Shown: positions 40,581 to 52,204 of the stretch, one piece after another
How the letters are laid out: the number at the start of each line of letters is the position of its first letter
How positions within the stretch are numbered: the first letter of the stretch is position 1
Source of the DNA: Eledone cirrhosa
Lineage: Eukaryota
Assembly: GCA_964016885.1 (NCBI GenBank)
Contig: OZ024763.1
Span: forward strand, 9,238,001 to 9,302,000
Reading direction: 5' to 3'
DNA: 64,000 bases
Notes under the pieces: generated by a model
Seen by the model: the letters and a program-made list of their open reading frames with translations, nothing else
Told to the model about the DNA's origin: nothing
The model's database searches: none
Program-made: the position numbers and the translations under genes

Positions 40581-40646
40581 TATTTTATTATATATATTTC
40601 AAGGGCAACCAAGGTAAATAATGGTGCGCTTTCTTCAGATAAAATA
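40581..40646 (-). ncRNA. type I hammerhead ribozyme motif
   Basis: TATTTTAT-CTGAAGA-aagcgcacca...tggttgccctt-GAAA-TATATA-TA-ATAAAATA (N7=A is tolerated). Confidence 0.8.
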
Positions 40647-41942
40647 CAGATTTGTTTTATAAATAAATATTGACATACCCGGAAAAAAGACAACCTCAAC
40701 GGTTGAAATTCGCTGGATAATGGAGATACTTGAGGGTGATACAAATTAGTGAGTGAGTATGTAAATGAGTGTTGGAAAAATTGAAAAAAACAACGGTTTA
40801 TTTAAATTAAACTGCTGGAAGAAAATAGATGTAATAGGGAGAGAGACAAGATAGATGTAAAAAGAAGAGAGACAAAAAATTGAGAGGGAGAGAGATAAAG
40901 AGAATAGATAAAGAAAAGAGAAAGAGAGAGATAGAAGAAAAAGAGAAAAGATATAATAATGAGAGAGAGTGAAGGAAAGAACAAATAATTGAGATGGAGA
41001 GAGAAAGAAAAAAGTATTGTGCAGGAGAGAGAAAAGAATGTTGGAAAAATATTGGAAAAAGAGGGAGAGGAAAGAGAAAGAAGGACAAAGTGAGAGAAGA
41101 AATAAATTTATATAGATGAGTAGTCACAATGTAAACAAATTATTCATTATATTGTGTTTATATTACTTATAAAGGTAAAGTTAAAATATTAAGTTAAATT
41201 ATTGATACAAAATCTTTACAAAAGAGTATTGTTATAATTTAGTTAAAAATTTAACCAGAAATTTAATTAAAATTTAAATAGTTACAATAAGATATATTAC
41301 AAAAAGAAGTATTTAAAATTTATTAAGATGTATTAATACTATATATGTTTAGATGGGTATTTTATGTTATAGGTTATAAAATATTTGAATGTATATTTTG
41401 CATTGGAAAAAAAAAACAAGTATAGTTTAATTGATTAAAGTAAGTTTGGCAAAATTATATTTAGCCAGAGTTTATTAATAGTTGTAAGTCAAATCTTAAA
41501 CATTTATGAAGATTTACGAGAGTTTAGAAAGGAAAAATTATTTAATTAGAAGTATATATTAAAACAGTTTACAGTTTCAACTATAAATTAAGACTATAAA
41601 GATTGAGATAATAAAAACAATAAGGAGGTTTAAAGGAAGTTAAAAAGGGATTTTTTTATAACCCAAATGATTCAAGGATAGATAAAAATCACTACGAAAG
41701 TTATAAGAAGTTATAAAAATTCATCTTAAAATATAATTAAGATATGATTAAAATATAAGACACAATTATTGCACATATATATAAAAATGATTGGATATAT
41801 ATGAAAATACATAAGTATTAAAAATAGTTGGATATATAAGAAAATACATAAGTATTAAGCATGTTTAGAATATGTAGGAGTAATGGAAATCCATATCATT
41901 GCTGTTCATATTCTATTGTTATTTTTAGAGTAAACTATTATC

Positions 41943-42127
41943 TTCTCCTTTGCCCACTTATTTCTGTGAGGATCACTGAGGACAGAGTCCTCAAACACTC
42001 CTTCCAGCAGGTCCTGTAGATGCAACCATTTCCAACTGATCCAGCTGGATCCCCAAGTGAGACCAGCCAAGCTCATGGATGTTATCCAATCATCTTTGTC
42101 AGAGTACATCCAGCCCCTTGTCTCTGG
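41943..42127 (-). mobile_element. short LINE-like 3' fragment inserted in the left Penelope arm only
   Basis: GC-richer block absent from the right arm near 45440; possible ataat duplication at its borders. Confidence 0.55.
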
Positions 42128-42850
42128 AAATTATTTTTGTAAACTTCTAACCTTTCAGAAATTTTACAAAAATTTCCAGGAGGTGTTTTGAAGGAAATTT
42201 TTAGAATTTTTCAAAATATTTTCATAAAAGCATTTCTGGAGAGTGCGATAATATAAGTATTGGTTTTAAGGAGTAAATTAAAATTAATAGGTGTACTTTA
42301 TATATTTAGGAGGGTTAGAATCTATATAATCTGAGGGAAGAGATTATAGGTGTTTGGATGGAGAAAAACGTTAGGTAAGGAAGAATGAACATATATTACA
42401 TTTTATATATATATCTAAAAGTTGAGTTTAACCGATGTTTACAAGAACTAAATAAATTATTCTGCAAATTAACAGAGTTCTTAGATTTTAGTATAAAGAA
42501 TATTTCCTCTACACAAAGACTACAAAATTTGGATAAACCTGTGTAGCATGGTGCTTTGGAGACAATTTTCCAAAATAAAGAGTATTTTATATTCTTGGAT
42601 TTTAAATTCCATAATCGGTTGGATAGAGAAGTTGAAGATTTCTTGTTAATATTCGTAAAGGAACATGGTTATTGAAACGAGATTTGAAGTCTGTCGAAGT
42701 GAGCCGGCTTAGTTGAAGGAATTATCTTTGGTTTTGACACTACAATTGTATACTATATTTTTAACTAAACAGTTATTATTTAGAGGACAGTTAGATTTAT
42801 TTCTACAATTACATTTATCGGAATTTATATTATTGGGAGCTATATCATTA

Positions 42851-45800
42851 TGTTGAGTGCTTTATATCAGTTATAAAAATGTTTAAGCTTGTTGAATCCC
42901 AACAAATTAAATATAACCTCTGCATATATTTAGCTCCTTTATTGTTGAGCGCTTTAAATTATAACTGATTAAAAATGGAATTCTTTAGGATCTCTTCTAC
43001 TCTAAAAGACATACCTTTACCTAGGAATAAGGACTTTCTAAAACAACTTATCGAAAAATCGGACTCGTTTATAAAAAGGACTTAAATGGATTGCTTTTCA
43101 TTTCGATAAAAAATCTGATGGAAAAGAAAATATTTCCAATCTTGATAGAATCTTCAAATCCAAAAAGAATCCACTTTCCAACAAATTATTAATGGAATTT
43201 GAAAATGTGATTATTTCTATCATACAAAACATTAAATTTAAGAAAAACCATTTTGTTGGCCAGGATTACCTCAAATGTCTCAAAAATAATATTAAAAATT
43301 TTGAAAAAAACAGAAAATATTCTTGTTAAATCAGATAAAACCAACAATCTTTATGGAATGCAAAAGGATGATTATAATAATCTTATATTCAAGGAAAAAT
43401 TACAAAAGAGCAACCAATGATGACCTTGAACGACTAAATACTGAAGCTTCTTATATAATGCAGGAATTAGGCATCGAAAATAGGACTCAACCCTTCATAC
43501 CTAGGAAACCAAAAATTAATTTGAAGGACCATAAAAGAAATTTTGAAATTGAATTAGCAGTTAGACTGATTGCACCATCTAAATCGGACCTTGGCATACT
43601 TAGCAAAAATATCTTAGATAGAATCATACCACAACTTAAGGAAATATCTTATTTAAAATTATGGAATGGGACTAATGAAGATATTGACTGGTTTAAGGAC
43701 ATTAAATATAAGCATAACAATAAATTAATTCAATTGGATATTGCTAACTATTACTCATCTATCACTCCTAATTTACTTAATAAAGCCCTTACTTATGCAT
43801 TTAAATATACTGATTTATCTAGCGATGAAATGCACATCATCTTAACTGCACGTAAAACCTTAATTAAATTTAGCAACCAGCTTTGGACTAGAGCAGATAG
43901 GGATAACAATTTCGATATCACTATGGGGTCATCAGACTCGGCGCAGTTAATGAATTTTATTAACAACACTTTACATAGGAAAATACCTGAGATGACTGGT
44001 GGTTTATATCGTGATGATATGCTATTGCTTATTGAAAATAATAATAATTGTGAAATCAACAGGAAAAGAAAACTAATTATACAATTTTTTAATAACCTTA
44101 ATCTTAAAGTAGAAGTAGAGAATAATTATAAAATAGTTAACTTTTTAGATGTAACTTTAAACCTTAATACTGGTCTTTATTATCCTTTTCATAAAATCAA
44201 TGAGAATTTAAACTATGTTAACTTTAATTCCAATCACCCGAGATCCGTTAAAAACACTATTGTAAATTCTGTGCAGCAACGTATCTCTAGAATCTCAGCG
44301 AATAAAAATATATTTGAAGATAAGGCACAATATTATAACGATGCTTTAAGTAGAGCAGTCTATAATAATGAAATTAAATATATTGATAATAAGGATGTGC
44401 CAATTAACCATAACTATAATAAGAAACCTTGCAATAACTCGAAAATCAAAAGAAGAAATATAACTAGAAATATATTATAGTTTGCTCCCCCTTTCTCATT
44501 AAGTATTAAAACTCCTATAGCTAAACTATTTTTTAAAGCTAACTGTTTTCCTAAGACGCACAGGTATTACTCAATCTTTAATAGACATACTATTAAATTA
44601 TCATACTCTACCACTATGAATTTAGCGCAGAATATTAATAGAATTAATAATATAAACTTTCTATTATTAATAGAATTAATAATAGAAACTTAAAACTTAA
44701 CCAGAATAGCATTACTACCTCTAGCAATATCCAATATAATGATATAGCTCCCAATAATATAAATTCCGATAAATGTAATTGTAGAAATAAATCTAACTGT
44801 CCTCTAAATAATAACTGTTTAGTTAAAAATATAGTATACAATTGTAATGTCAAAACCAAAGATAATTCCTTCAACTATGCCAGCTCACTTCGACAGACTT
44901 CAAATCTCGTTTCAATAACCATGTTCCTTTACGAATATTAACAAGAAATCTTCAACTTCTCTATCCAACTTATTATGGAATTTAAAATCCAAGAATATAA
45001 AATACTCTTTATTTTGGAAAATTGTCTCCAAAGCACCATGCTACACAGGTTTATCCAAATTTTGTAGTCTTTGTGTAGAGGAAATATTCTTTATACTAAA
45101 ATCTAAGAACTCTGTTAATTTGCAGAATAATTTATTTAGTTCTTGTAAAAGTCGATTACACTCAACTTTTAGATATATATATAAAATGTAATATATGTTC
45201 ATTCTTCCTTACCTAACGTTTTTCTCCATCCAAACACCTATAATCTCTTCCCTCAGATTATATAGATTCTAACCTTCCTAAATATATAAAGTACACTTAT
45301 TAATTTTAATTTTAATTTACTCCTTAAAACCAATACTTATATTATCGCACTCTCCAGAAATTCTTTTATGAAAATATTTTGAAAAATTCTAAAAATTTCC
45401 TTCAAAACACCTGGAAATTTTTGTAAAATTTCTGAAAGGTTCTTTTGAATGATATGGATTTCCATTACCCCTACATATTCTAAACATGCTTAATACTTAT
45501 GTATTTTCTTATATATCCAACTATTTTTAATACTTATGTATTTTCATATATATCCAATCATTTTTATATATATGTGCAATAATTGTGTCTTATATTTTAA
45601 TCATATCTTAATTATATTTTAAGATGAATTTTTATAACTTCTTATAACTTTCGTAGTGATTTTTATCTATCCTTGAATCATTTGGGTTATAAAAAAATCC
45701 CTTTTTAACTTCCTTTAAACCTCCTTATTGTTTTTATTATCTCAATCTTTATAGTCTTAATTTATAGTTGAAACTGAACTATTTTAATATAAACTCCTAA

Positions 45801-46788
45801 TTAAATAATTTTTCCTTTCTAAACTCTCGTAAATCTTCATAAATGTTTAAGATTTGACTTACAACTATTAATAAACTCTGGCTAAATATAATTTTGCCAA
45901 ACTTACTTTAATCAATTAAACTATACTTGTTTTTTTTTTCCAAAGCAAAATATTATACATTCAAATATTTTATAACCTATAACATAAAATACCCATCTAA
46001 ACATATATAGTATTAATACATCTTAATAAATTTTAAATACTTCTTTTTGTAATATATCTTATTGTAACTATTTAAATTTTAATTAAATTTCTGGTTAAAT
46101 TTTTAACTAAATTATAACAATACTCTTTTGTAAAGTGTTCGTATCAATAATTTAACTTGATATTTTAACTTTACCTTTATAAGTAATATAAACACAATAT
46201 AATGAATAATTTGTTTACATATGACTACTCATCTATATAAATTTATTTCTTCTCACTTCGCCCTTCTTTTTCTTTCCTCTCCCTCCCTCTTTTTCCAACA
46301 TTCTTTTCTCTCTCCTGCACAATACTTTTTTCTTTCTCTCTCCATCTCAATTATTTGTTCTTTCCTTCACTCTCTCATTATTATATCTTTTCTCTTTTTC
46401 TCTCTCTTTCTCTTTTCTTTATCTATTCTCTTTATCTCTCTCCCTCTCAATTTTTTGTCTCTCTTCTTTTTACATCTATCTTGTCTCTCTCCCTATTACA
46501 TCTATTTTCTTCCAGCAGTTTAATTTAAATAAACCGTTGTTTTTTTTCAATTTTTCCAACACTCATTTGCATACTCCCTCACTAATTTGTACCACCCTCA
46601 AGTATCTCCATTATCCAGCGAATTTCAACCGTTGAGGTTGTCTTTTTTCCGGGTATGTCAATATTTATTTATAAAACAAATCTGTATTTTATCTGATGAA
46701 AGCGCACCATTATTTACCTTGGTTGCCTGTGAAATATATATAATAAAATATATATGGTTTTACAAATATAGTTTCCATTTATTAATAT

Positions 46789-46791
<3 letters not shown>
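42851..46791 (+). mobile_element. near full-length Penelope-like element, RT + C-terminal GIY-YIG, disrupted ORF
   Basis: ATG 42975 (MEFFRISSTLKDIPLP..LIEKSDSFIKR); RT motifs LDIANYYSSI, TMGSSDSAQ, GLYRDD, FLDV; KCNCRNKSNCPL; IVY..NYA; FCSLCVEE; frameshifts and stops; ends in (TA)n. Confidence 0.93.
46685..46750 (+). ncRNA. type I hammerhead ribozyme motif
   Basis: TATTTTAT-CTGATGA-aagcgcacca...tggttgcctgt-GAAA-TATATA-TA-ATAAAATA; base of stem II mutated relative to sister copies. Confidence 0.78.
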
Positions 46792-46831
<40 letters not shown>

Positions 46832-47797
46832 AATTTTGGAAAAAAAGAGGCAAAACTGGTTAAAAGGGAAGGCTAGGATGTGTTTTGAGTCAATTGTAAC
46901 TTATAGTTCAACAGACCTAAACTGTTTCAGCATTATTGTTGCTCTGCTGCTGCGTAGTAGTAGTAGTAATAGTTGTGGTAGTAATAATAGTAGTAGCAGT
47001 ATGGCAGCCCTTCCCTTCGTTCAGGAGTTACAGATCTGAAAGAATGTAACAATTGGGAAAAAACATTTTAGCCAGGAATGGGTCGGATGGTATTATATTT
47101 TCAAACAATATTATTGTTAGCATTAATATTATTATTTTTATTATCATTATTATTATTAAACAATGATAATTAAAATTCAAGACACTCCAACTAACTCCCA
47201 ATTTCCCACTCACTACGACCATTCTTTCTGTCTTCTTTCTTTCTCTCCTCTTCCAGCCCTGTCCACTTTGACTTCTTATTACTATTACTACCACTATTTC
47301 CCCACCTACACCCCCATTATTAATGCCACCCACCTCTCCGTTTATCATCTTACTCACCACCACTACTACCACAAGTGGAGTTACTGCACCATCACCACCA
47401 TCCATACTTCTACTACTAGCTGAGTTACTATAACACCCCCACCCCTCCTATTATCATCATCACTACCTCTACAATAACTACCATTACTAGTGGACTAATA
47501 CTTCTACTACCACCACTACTACTAGCTGAGTTACTATACCTCTTCCCACCACCCCACTCTCAACAACACTACATTATTTCCTCAACCACTAGCATAAAGT
47601 TTACCACTACTATTACGCTGACATATTTCTACAGCAATATCTACTTTATCAACGACTATACCTACTACAACCACCACTCAACTACCGTTACCACTACTAC
47701 TGAAACCACAACAATCACTAGTACACTACTACTAGTACAACTATTACTACTGTAACAACCACAACTACTACCACCACTAATACAACCACTGAAATTA

Positions 47798-47991
47798 CAA
47801 GGGTGGGCTGTAAAGTTCATAGGCTGACTATGAAGGAGTGATGCTAGAGCTATGAAATCTTGCATGCATTAACTCTACTTATCAATAACTACATTGTTTC
47901 TTTCCAGGGAAAGAAACAATGTAGTTAAACCTCATTTGGTCATTCCATGAGAACATCTTGGTCAGACTATGAACTTTTCAGCCAATCCTCA
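47798..47991. mobile_element. mariner-type MITE; an additional right TIR lies at 48298-48331
   Basis: TA|caagggtgggctgtaaagttcataggctgac...gtcagactatgaacttttcagccaatcctca|TA. Confidence 0.72.
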
Positions 47992-48499
47992 TATGTAAAA
48001 GATTTGATACAGAAGAGTATTTAGTTGTGATATGCTGCAATTTATGAGTGAATGTGTGCATGTGGAGATGTTGCTTGAGATAAGATACTGCCTTGGTGAA
48101 TTGCAGATTTACTGACCTGAGTACTCTGGCCCAGCTGTTGCATTGCCTTATTGACCTGCAACTGCTACAGTCAGAGACATCAGCTGTCAACTGTCTCAGA
48201 GATGAGGAAAGTAAAAAGGAGAATGAAGCTGGCTTGATTTAGGCTTAAATATGGATGTGTTATATGATAGCTATTTCCACGGTAAGGGGTTATCTTTGTC
48301 AACCTATGACAACTTTTCAGCCAACCCTTGGACAACTACAAATACTACTACTACTACCAGTACAACTACAATTACTACTACTGATTTTCATGCTGGATAG
48401 AAAAATCAAGAAAATGTATCAGTTATAGTTGTTGTATATATGATGATGATGCTTAGCACCAAGTGACTCATGATTAAAGATGTTCCGGCCATGAACATA

Positions 48500-48660
48500 T
48501 CAGTGTGCACTGGGTGCTATTTGTCTTGTCACCTACACGACCACTTTACAGTGTGGGCTGGGCACTTTTTGTCTTGTCACCTACACGACCACTTTACAGT
48601 GTGGGCTGGGCACTTTTTGTCTTGTCACCTACACAACCACTTTACAGTGTGGGCACTTTG
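48500..48660 (-). repeat. 48-bp tandem x3 of a LINE 3'UTR segment
   Basis: ccactttacagtgtggg at 48541, 48589, 48637. Confidence 0.85.
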
Positions 48661-49236
48661 TCATTTCACCAACAGTGTGAAAGGGGAAGAGTGTTAGAGC
48701 AGCGGTTAAGTGTTAGGACATGTCCATACCAATGCAATCTTCTCTCCTGCACACTGTATCTGCTCTCTTTTATACCCAGTTTCTCTCTCAATTTATTTAT
48801 GCTTTGCCGTTCATGTATTACAAATCCATTGAAACTTCATTTCTTTCCAATCTATGCAAGACTTCTACACACAGAGTCCAGGCCTCACTATTATGCAACA
48901 TTGCTATTTGCATACACGCATCATACAATGTGACCATCATTTTAAGGGAAAAGACTTTTGTAGTTAGCAGCAGTGTAGCTCCTTAACCCTTTAGTGTTCA
49001 AACCGGCCAGAATTCTCTACCTTTTTCTGTTGAAACTGGCTGTAACCTCTAGCGTAACTGGCTTTCCTCTCGGTCTAGGTGGGCCCCCTAGGCTATAATT
49101 CTAAACACATAACTTATTACACATGTAATTACGAATCCTTAACTACAACAACTTAAAGAAAACCCTTAATCTCTAATAAGACTAGAAGTTAAGACCAATT
49201 TCTTGTTTATTTAAAGAATATAATATTTCGGATAAA

Positions 49237-49482
49237 ATGGCAACTGCATCTAAAAAATGTGTGGAGAATATTCAGTGGAATAAAAGCGTTACATTTTTTT
49301 TATTTGCTTTCTCCACATCTTATTTAGTTGAGTCAGGTTTCAGTCGGGTTATGCATCTGCTTTCAAAAAGTGGAAATCGCCTTGATATAGAAAGAAGAGG
49401 TGGTTTACGACTCTCTCTAACGGCTTTGACACCAAACATTGACAAATTAGTAGCCTTGCCTCAATCACAGGGATCTCATTAA
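49237..49482 (+). pseudogene. internally deleted Buster/Charlie-type hAT transposase remnant
   Basis: FSTSYLVESGFS...NRLDI...LRLSLT...PNIDKL...QSQGSH C-terminal signature fused to a short N-terminal stub. Confidence 0.75.
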
Positions 49483-50013
49483 AAACCGATTGTTATATTC
49501 TTTGATTTGTAAATATATATAAATGATTTGATATCTAAATTCTATATTATTCTTTTTGTTTGAAATGTTGTAATACATGCTTATGTTATTCTCGATACTC
49601 AGTTTTTTAACCTAATATTTAATTAAAAGTATAATTATGCATGAGTATATACACACAAATATATATTTAGTTGGAATATAATATTCGTTCTCATCATGAA
49701 CTTTCTAAAGTTGTAACTTGATATCTGACATTCTGCTGTCCTTAAATATTCTGTCCAGAACTTTGACCTAATTGTCTTCCTCTATTGTAACACCCCTCCT
49801 CATCCTCTAACTGCTTTCCATTGAATTTCCTCTTTTATCTCCTTTTCAGCCAATGGATTTTGTTGATTTAGAAACCAGCCAATGAATACCATCGGTCAAT
49901 GTTCCTTTATATTTTGATATGTTTTTTATTCTTGTAATAAAATTAGTTTTCATTCAACACTGACGATAGAGAGTGGATGGAGGTATGTTGTATTTTCTTT
50001 GTATAATTTGTAA

Positions 50014-51252
50014 AATATACTTCAGGCTAGAGTTAAAGAGGGATGCTCTTCGAAAGCTGTTTACGTCCATTGTTGTGCTCATAACCTGAACCTGGTGTTA
50101 ATCGATGCTAGCCAATCGTCAATGGATGGTAAATTATTTTTTGGTACATTGGAGAGCCTGTATGTTTTCTTAACATCAAGCTTGCCAAGGCTGAAAATCC
50201 TCGAAGAAGAACAAGAAAAACTATTGACTTCAACGGTATTAACATTAAAAAGACTCTCAGATACCCGCTGGTTTAGTCACATTCAGGCTGTAGAGGCTAC
50301 TATTAACAACTTACCGGCAGTAATGAGTGCACTAGAGAGGATAGTAAGTGGGGATGTTCGCAACACTTCTCCGAAAGTATTAGCTGAGGCCAGAGGTTTG
50401 CTACTAAATGTGAGCAAGTTTGAATTCATTTTCATGTTGAAGTTTTTTCAGAATTTACTTAAAAAGCTGCATTCTGTTTCACAATATTTGCAGAAGGAGG
50501 CTATCGACTTATATTCCGCGGACGTCATGATTAAAAATGTAGTAAAAGAAATTGAAGAAATCCGCTCAAATGAATATTTTGACCGAACATTATCAGACAC
50601 TAAAAATCTCGCCGAGCAATGTCAAGAAAAACGGAAAAGAAAAAAGAAGCGTTTTCATGACGAAAATGCCAGTGACGAACCTCATGAGACGATGAGTCAG
50701 CATTTTAAATGGGACGTTTATTTCACTATCCTAGATAGAATCATTAGTAGCTTTAACGAACGTTTTGCCGACTTGCACGGTCTAGTGAAGGATTTTTCGT
50801 GCTTGCTACTGGCGCACTTCAACGACGACGACACATGCAATAAAGAGAGAATCGATAATCTTGCGAAATTCTACGAGGGTGACATCGAAAATGACACTAT
50901 CTTCGATGAATATTTATCATTCAAAGATTTTTACAAGGAAGTGTGTTTAGATAAATCCATAGCGAGTTCTGAGATCGTTCCGTTTATGATTTCTAATGAC
51001 TTAGATAGAGCCTATCCGAACGTGTTTGGCTTATACAAAATGTTCATAACTATTCCGGTTAGCTCGGCGCAGGCTGAGCGAACCTTCAGCAGGCTCAAAC
51101 TGATAAAGAATTATTTGCGTAGTACCATGAGTGAAGAGCGGTTGAATGCTCTGGCAATGATGTACATAGAGCGAGAACTGGCTGAAAAAATTGACTTCAG
51201 CATCGTGATTGAAAAATGTTCTAAAGTAAAACATCGCAAATTAGAACTGTAG
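50014..51252 (+). pseudogene. N-terminally truncated hAT transposase (Tip100/Blackjack or ZMYM1-like), open frame
   Basis: YVHCCAHNLNLV, LKRLSDTRW, TIPVSSAQAERTFSRLKLIKNYLRSTMSEERLNALA dimerisation domain; first catalytic Asp region absent. Confidence 0.88.
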
Positions 51253-52015
51253 AACAAGTGATGTGCTCGAATGTGAAAATAAAGTTTTAGATGGACGATT
51301 TGTTGCACATACGAATTTTTGTTTGTGAATAATCGATTGCAAGACTAGTTTTACTGGATATTGTTTTTTTTTTCTTCTGAAGATAGACCACCGTCTTTGC
51401 AGTTAATAAAGTTTTCACGGAACATGCTAACTCTGTAATCTATGATGTATTCTACTCTATTATAAATTATCTATTCTAGACGCCCGTATGAACATATTTT
51501 CTTGCAGCTGATGGAAATGAGCGTATGGAATTGGTGGGCCCCCTTTAGATCGGATTTCCCCCCCCTGGCTTTAAAAGCTAGTTACGCCACTGGCTGTAAC
51601 TGGCCACTGGCTGTAACTGGTCACTCAAAGTGATGTTGATTCGATATTATGTGAGATAAAGCATTTATCATGAAAATATAATAGTATATATAAAGTAATG
51701 TGAATGCTAAAGGGTTAAACTTTTTTCCATCCCGTTCTCTCTCTGGCTACTGTACTTTTGGAACACCCACCCCCACTGCTAATTTTGTCACCCAGGTAGC
51801 AGAAGCTGTTTACTACTTCTACAGCACTTTCCAAGAATTTGATAGTGCTTGTTCCCTGTGGCCGTTTGCTGCTCCTGGTTGTATGTATATATGTATGTTT
51901 TGTATATATATCGTATATATGCATACATGGGAGTGTGTGTGTGTGTATATATATATTATTGAGTAAAATAACAGGAGGCCAGACTGGTGAAATTCCTTCA
52001 AAGATTTATTATAGC

Positions 52016-52077
52016 AAACACTATGTACATTTTAATGGCCAAGTTCCGTAAGATCCTGGTGACGTCATCAGGTGTTT
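52016..52077 (-). ncRNA. mutated hammerhead motif (GAAA to AAAA)
   Basis: AAACAC-CTGATGA-...-AAAA-TGTACA-TA-GTGTTT; perfect stem I and palindromic loop III. Confidence 0.6.
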
Positions 52078-52204
52078 ATTGCATAATAGTTATATAATAA
52101 AGGAATAATGATAACCATAATCCAAGAGGCTATAAAAAAACAGAAAAATGTTTTTGACTCTAAGGCCATCAAGAGGGCCAGTTGTTGTCAATATGGCTGA
52201 CCAA

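Larger units (their letters stand above)
40443..42855 (-). mobile_element. inverted 5'-truncated Penelope-like copy (pseudo-LTR arm)
   Basis: Reverse complement of ~44730-46790, plus a terminal extension (40443-40519) matching 42851-42928. Confidence 0.9.
49047..51592 (+). mobile_element. hAT transposon with 8-bp TSD GCTGTAAC
   Basis: TSD at 49039-49046 and 51593-51600; TIRs ctctagcgtaactgg (degenerate) / ctagttacgccactg; GGGCCCC subterminal motifs at both ends. Confidence 0.85.
48987..51714. mobile_element. piggyBac-type MITE (same family as 27435-27655) interrupted by a hAT element
   Basis: TTAA|CCCTTTAG...GCTAAAGGG|TTAA; internal sequence matches the reverse complement of the 27435 MITE. 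Confidence 0.85.
48715..51877 (-). mobile_element. RTE LINE fragment split by nested DNA transposons
   Basis: 48715-48986 and 51715-51877 rejoin at TTAA into sequence colinear with 24520-24900 (YLGDKISSGGG...RTGWKK / LYDACMQ). Confidence 0.85.

Noticed and set aside
40802-41127. Hydrophobic F/L/S-rich ORFs here and at 46221-46523
   Set aside because: Translation of a CT-rich tract in the Penelope 3' non-coding region
43323-44480. 385-aa RT ORF as a telomerase, retron or host RT gene
   Set aside because: Part of a frameshifted Penelope-like ORF with GIY-YIG, pseudo-LTR structure and sister copies
42975-45190. Selenocysteine recoding as described for some Naiad PLEs
   Set aside because: Endonuclease is C-terminal, and the disruptions I could read are frameshifts and TAG/TAA stops, not in-frame TGA at Cys positions
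47028-47405. ORF containing 'DPFLAK' as a possible N-SH2 FLAR exon
   Set aside because: Low-complexity context, no WFH or TLSV motifs, no suitable splice sites
50095-51252. Host gene such as ZMYM1 or PRKRIR
   Set aside because: Lies between hAT TIRs with an 8-bp TSD inside another TE; lacks the N-terminal domains
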